NCBI GenBank assembly: GCA_051453625.1
Contig: JBOZIK010000001.1
Location: 47,389,012-47,425,462 of the forward strand
Length of the DNA: 36,451 nucleotides
DNA from: Welwitschia mirabilis
Lineage: Eukaryota
Reading direction: 5' to 3'
Position 1 is the first letter of the stretch. Every line of letters starts with the position of its first letter. The position numbers were made by a program, and so were the translations under genes. The notes under the pieces were generated by a model. That model saw only the letters and a program-made list of their open reading frames with translations, was not told where the DNA came from and did no database searches. This document shows, piece by piece, positions 33,833 to 36,451 of the stretch.

Positions 33833-36451
33833 TGTTATAATCCACATTTTGTAATCTTTAATTAGTAATCATAATGACATGATTATAAGAGTCTCTAAAA
33901 ATTGTAAGACATTTTGATATTAATTTTTATAAAAATCCTTTTTTTTTTAAGTGAGAAGCAATAAGTAACCTTATAATTGATAATACGTTATGTTTTTTTA
34001 TTCCAAACATATATTTTGATTTACAGATACTCATAAGGTCACTTAATTAAGTAATCTTAGTTTTGGATAATTTTATTATTTTAAATAATAATGATAATTA
34101 TAAGAATTTTAATACTAAAATAATCCTATTTATGATTAGAAAGTCATTTACATGGTTAAATGGTTAAACCGAAAAAATCACATGAAGGTGTAAAATAATA
34201 ATCAAATGTTTACAAAAATGGCATGTGACATATTTATTTTAATCATTTATCTATGTGTCTCATTCAAATTTGAAAAGAAAGTAAAATTACTTGGTAAAAT
34301 TGAAATAATAATAAGTAAGTAAAAAGTAAGAGTACTATGTTCAATTATGACATTTTCTTAAATTCAATTATGACATTTTCTTACATTCCGTTACGACATT
34401 TTTCTTTTAACATTTTCTTAAATTCAATTATGACATTTTCTTACATTCCATTATGACATTTTCTTATATTCCATTATGACATTTTTTTACATTAAATTAT
34501 GGCATTCATTTCTCATGATTTGTGTTGTTAATGTAATGGATCATGAAGAGTGTAAACATGTAAATAAGGACATGCACTTGTCCATAAACCAAAAAGGATG
34601 AATGAATAGAATCTATCCTACCATGACATTTATCCTTATTGATATGTGTAGAAGTACTTTATGCATAAAATATTATTTTTGTGCGTTTATTATTCCAATA
34701 CATTTTAAAAATGTTTTAGATTAAATATGAGCCTATAAAGGATTAAAAAGGAACTAACATGATGAAATGATGCTAGTTTGTTTTTAATCTTATTAATTAA
34801 AGCAAAAAAATTACTCATCCAAATTAGATGCATGAGTCATAACTAAGATTCTTTATGTCATTTATACATCACTTTCACTTCTTACACAAGCTTGTACAAT
34901 TTCTCATTGATCAATCTTATCAATATCAGTTATATACAGGCTCATCTAACTTATCATTAATTAATCTTGTCATTATCATTCACATGTCCATATCACTTTT
35001 ATATAAAATCCATCCAACTTATCATTGATTAATCTTATCCGATAAAAGAGATTTCTTTACCTTAGGGTTGAAATGATGTGGATGGTCTTTATCCAATTAT
35101 ATCAAGGACATTTAGTATATAATTCATTTATAAATAAATTCCTCTTCCTTCATCTCAAACGAGTATTATTCAAGAAAGTTTTTACCACTAAAATTTCTTC
35201 TTAATCTTTCATCCTCTTGTGTGTGGAGCTAGAGGTTGGAGCTTGGAAGCTTGCAACTAGGATCTTAGACCTTGGGACTTCATCAATCCTATTTAAGGAT
35301 CATCAATCTCTTTTCCTTCAAGTAAGTTCTTCTTTCATAAAGAATCTTAACTCCATTTCTTGCATTAGGCCTATGCACATGATTATAGTATTAGCATAAT
35401 ATTGTTTTTCCCCCTCCCATTGGATGATACTAAGATAAAGGAGAGATTTGAGGGTTCTATTTACATGCTTAGTTAATGGGGATATCGATGGATAATTTTT
35501 CATCCTATTGGCGTAGACTAAGATAAGGAAGAGAGTTAAGGAACCTCTTAACATGCTTAGTTTCTATGTGTCTAATGAATATTTTGGCCAAGTAACTAGG
35601 GGTTTCACTATGATTTCGGGTATCCATGTTGTGTCATATTGTATTATTGTTAAAATGAATTTTACATCAAAAATTTGCATTATATCCTTATCATAATGAA
35701 TAAATCTGATCCTCAAGAATCTATTCAGGCTAGGCATTCCTTCTTAGAAAATCCTAAGGCTCATGGTATTGATGCATTGTTTATTATAGTACATTAAGTT
35801 TATATTACTTATAATTGTGTTTTATATATTTAGAATACAAATTTTTATTATGAATCCATACTTAATTTAATTAATTTTTATTTTATAAATTAGTATGATC
35901 TCTCTTATTCTTAGTTTAGTTAAATTTTACTCCTTTTTCCCCAAACATGAAGCACAACTTAAGAAATTCATAACTCATTTGGTGAAATTTTATGAACATT
36001 TTTTTTAAAGGTCTGTAATCATGTTAGGAAGTTAAAAGTTCTAAAACAATAATTTTTCTAATAGTGAAATAATTTTAAATTTTATTTTATGAAAATAACT
36101 CAAAAAATATAAGTTAAAAAAAGTTTTTTTTGAAATTTATTGAATTATATAGGTAAAAATGGAGCATTCCAAGTTGTATAGAATCCAACAAGATTCCCAC
36201 AAGGTATTTATTCATTAAAAAACTCCAAGTAAATTAAAACTTATGGTCATTTTTAGTAAAGGGTATTAGTTTAGAAATTTCAAAACTTAGGTAGTTTTTA
36301 TAGATAAGAGTTGAACCTATAAAATACATCTATACTAAATTAAATTTATTAAAATTAGTTCTTAGGGATACTATAATGAGTCTAGTTTAGGAAAAGTAAG
36401 TATAATTTATTTTTTCATTTTTAAATAATTAATAAGGATTTTTTAGTTTCG
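33833..36451 (+). repeat. Putative 3' LTR of element G (right end not seen)
   Basis: Starts with TG after the PPT. Non-coding and AT-rich, with TATAAATA at 35129-35136 followed by a CT-rich tract. There is no second copy in the window to confirm it. Confidence 0.55.
34340..34506 (+). repeat. 23-bp minisatellite, about 7 units
   Basis: Unit TTC(A/C)ATTATGACATTTTCTTA(A/C)A in tandem, with one broken unit. Confidence 0.9.

Larger units (their letters stand above)
29404..36451 (+). mobile_element. Element G: degenerate Tekay/Del chromoviral Ty3/gypsy retrotransposon; 5' LTR and PBS not found, 3' LTR probably runs off the window
   Basis: gag-PR-RT-RH-INT-chromodomain order, FIDDI RT motif, PPT and TG-started LTR. 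Confidence 0.9.

Noticed and set aside
34340..34506. CRISPR-like array
   Set aside because: Units are contiguous with no unique spacers, and the context is a eukaryotic retrotransposon.
1..36451. Host genes, tRNA/rRNA genes, prokaryotic defence systems
   Set aside because: None found. tRNA similarity is limited to PBS sites, and almost all sequence is explained by retrotransposon parts.

Overview
Very AT-rich, CpG-depleted eukaryotic (plant-type) DNA made almost entirely of nested, decayed LTR retrotransposons. I see no intact host gene, RNA gene or CRISPR array. From left to right: (1) minus-strand LTR fragments of Athila-like Ty3/gypsy elements and a gag fragment (1-3560). (2) A full-structure Athila-like element A (3562-16337) with two 1106-bp LTRs, a tRNA-Asp PBS, gag-PR-RT-RH-INT pseudogenes and a downstream accessory ORF that appears to be spliced. 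(3) A minus-strand SIRE-like Ty1/copia gag, abutted by element A and split by (4) a pol-less Athila-like element C (17681-25884) that keeps a ~200-codon stop-free accessory ORF. (5) A SIRE-like LTR (~28232-29039). (6) A Tekay/Del chromovirus (29404 to window end) with chromodomain, PPT and 3' LTR. The most interesting signal is an accessory module in the Athila-like elements: a putative internal promoter, an intron, a 'VREFY'-type plant transposon protein and dispersed CpG-rich palindromes (ancestral TCGTCTAGACGA). All family assignments come from recognising motifs by eye; no database search was run.
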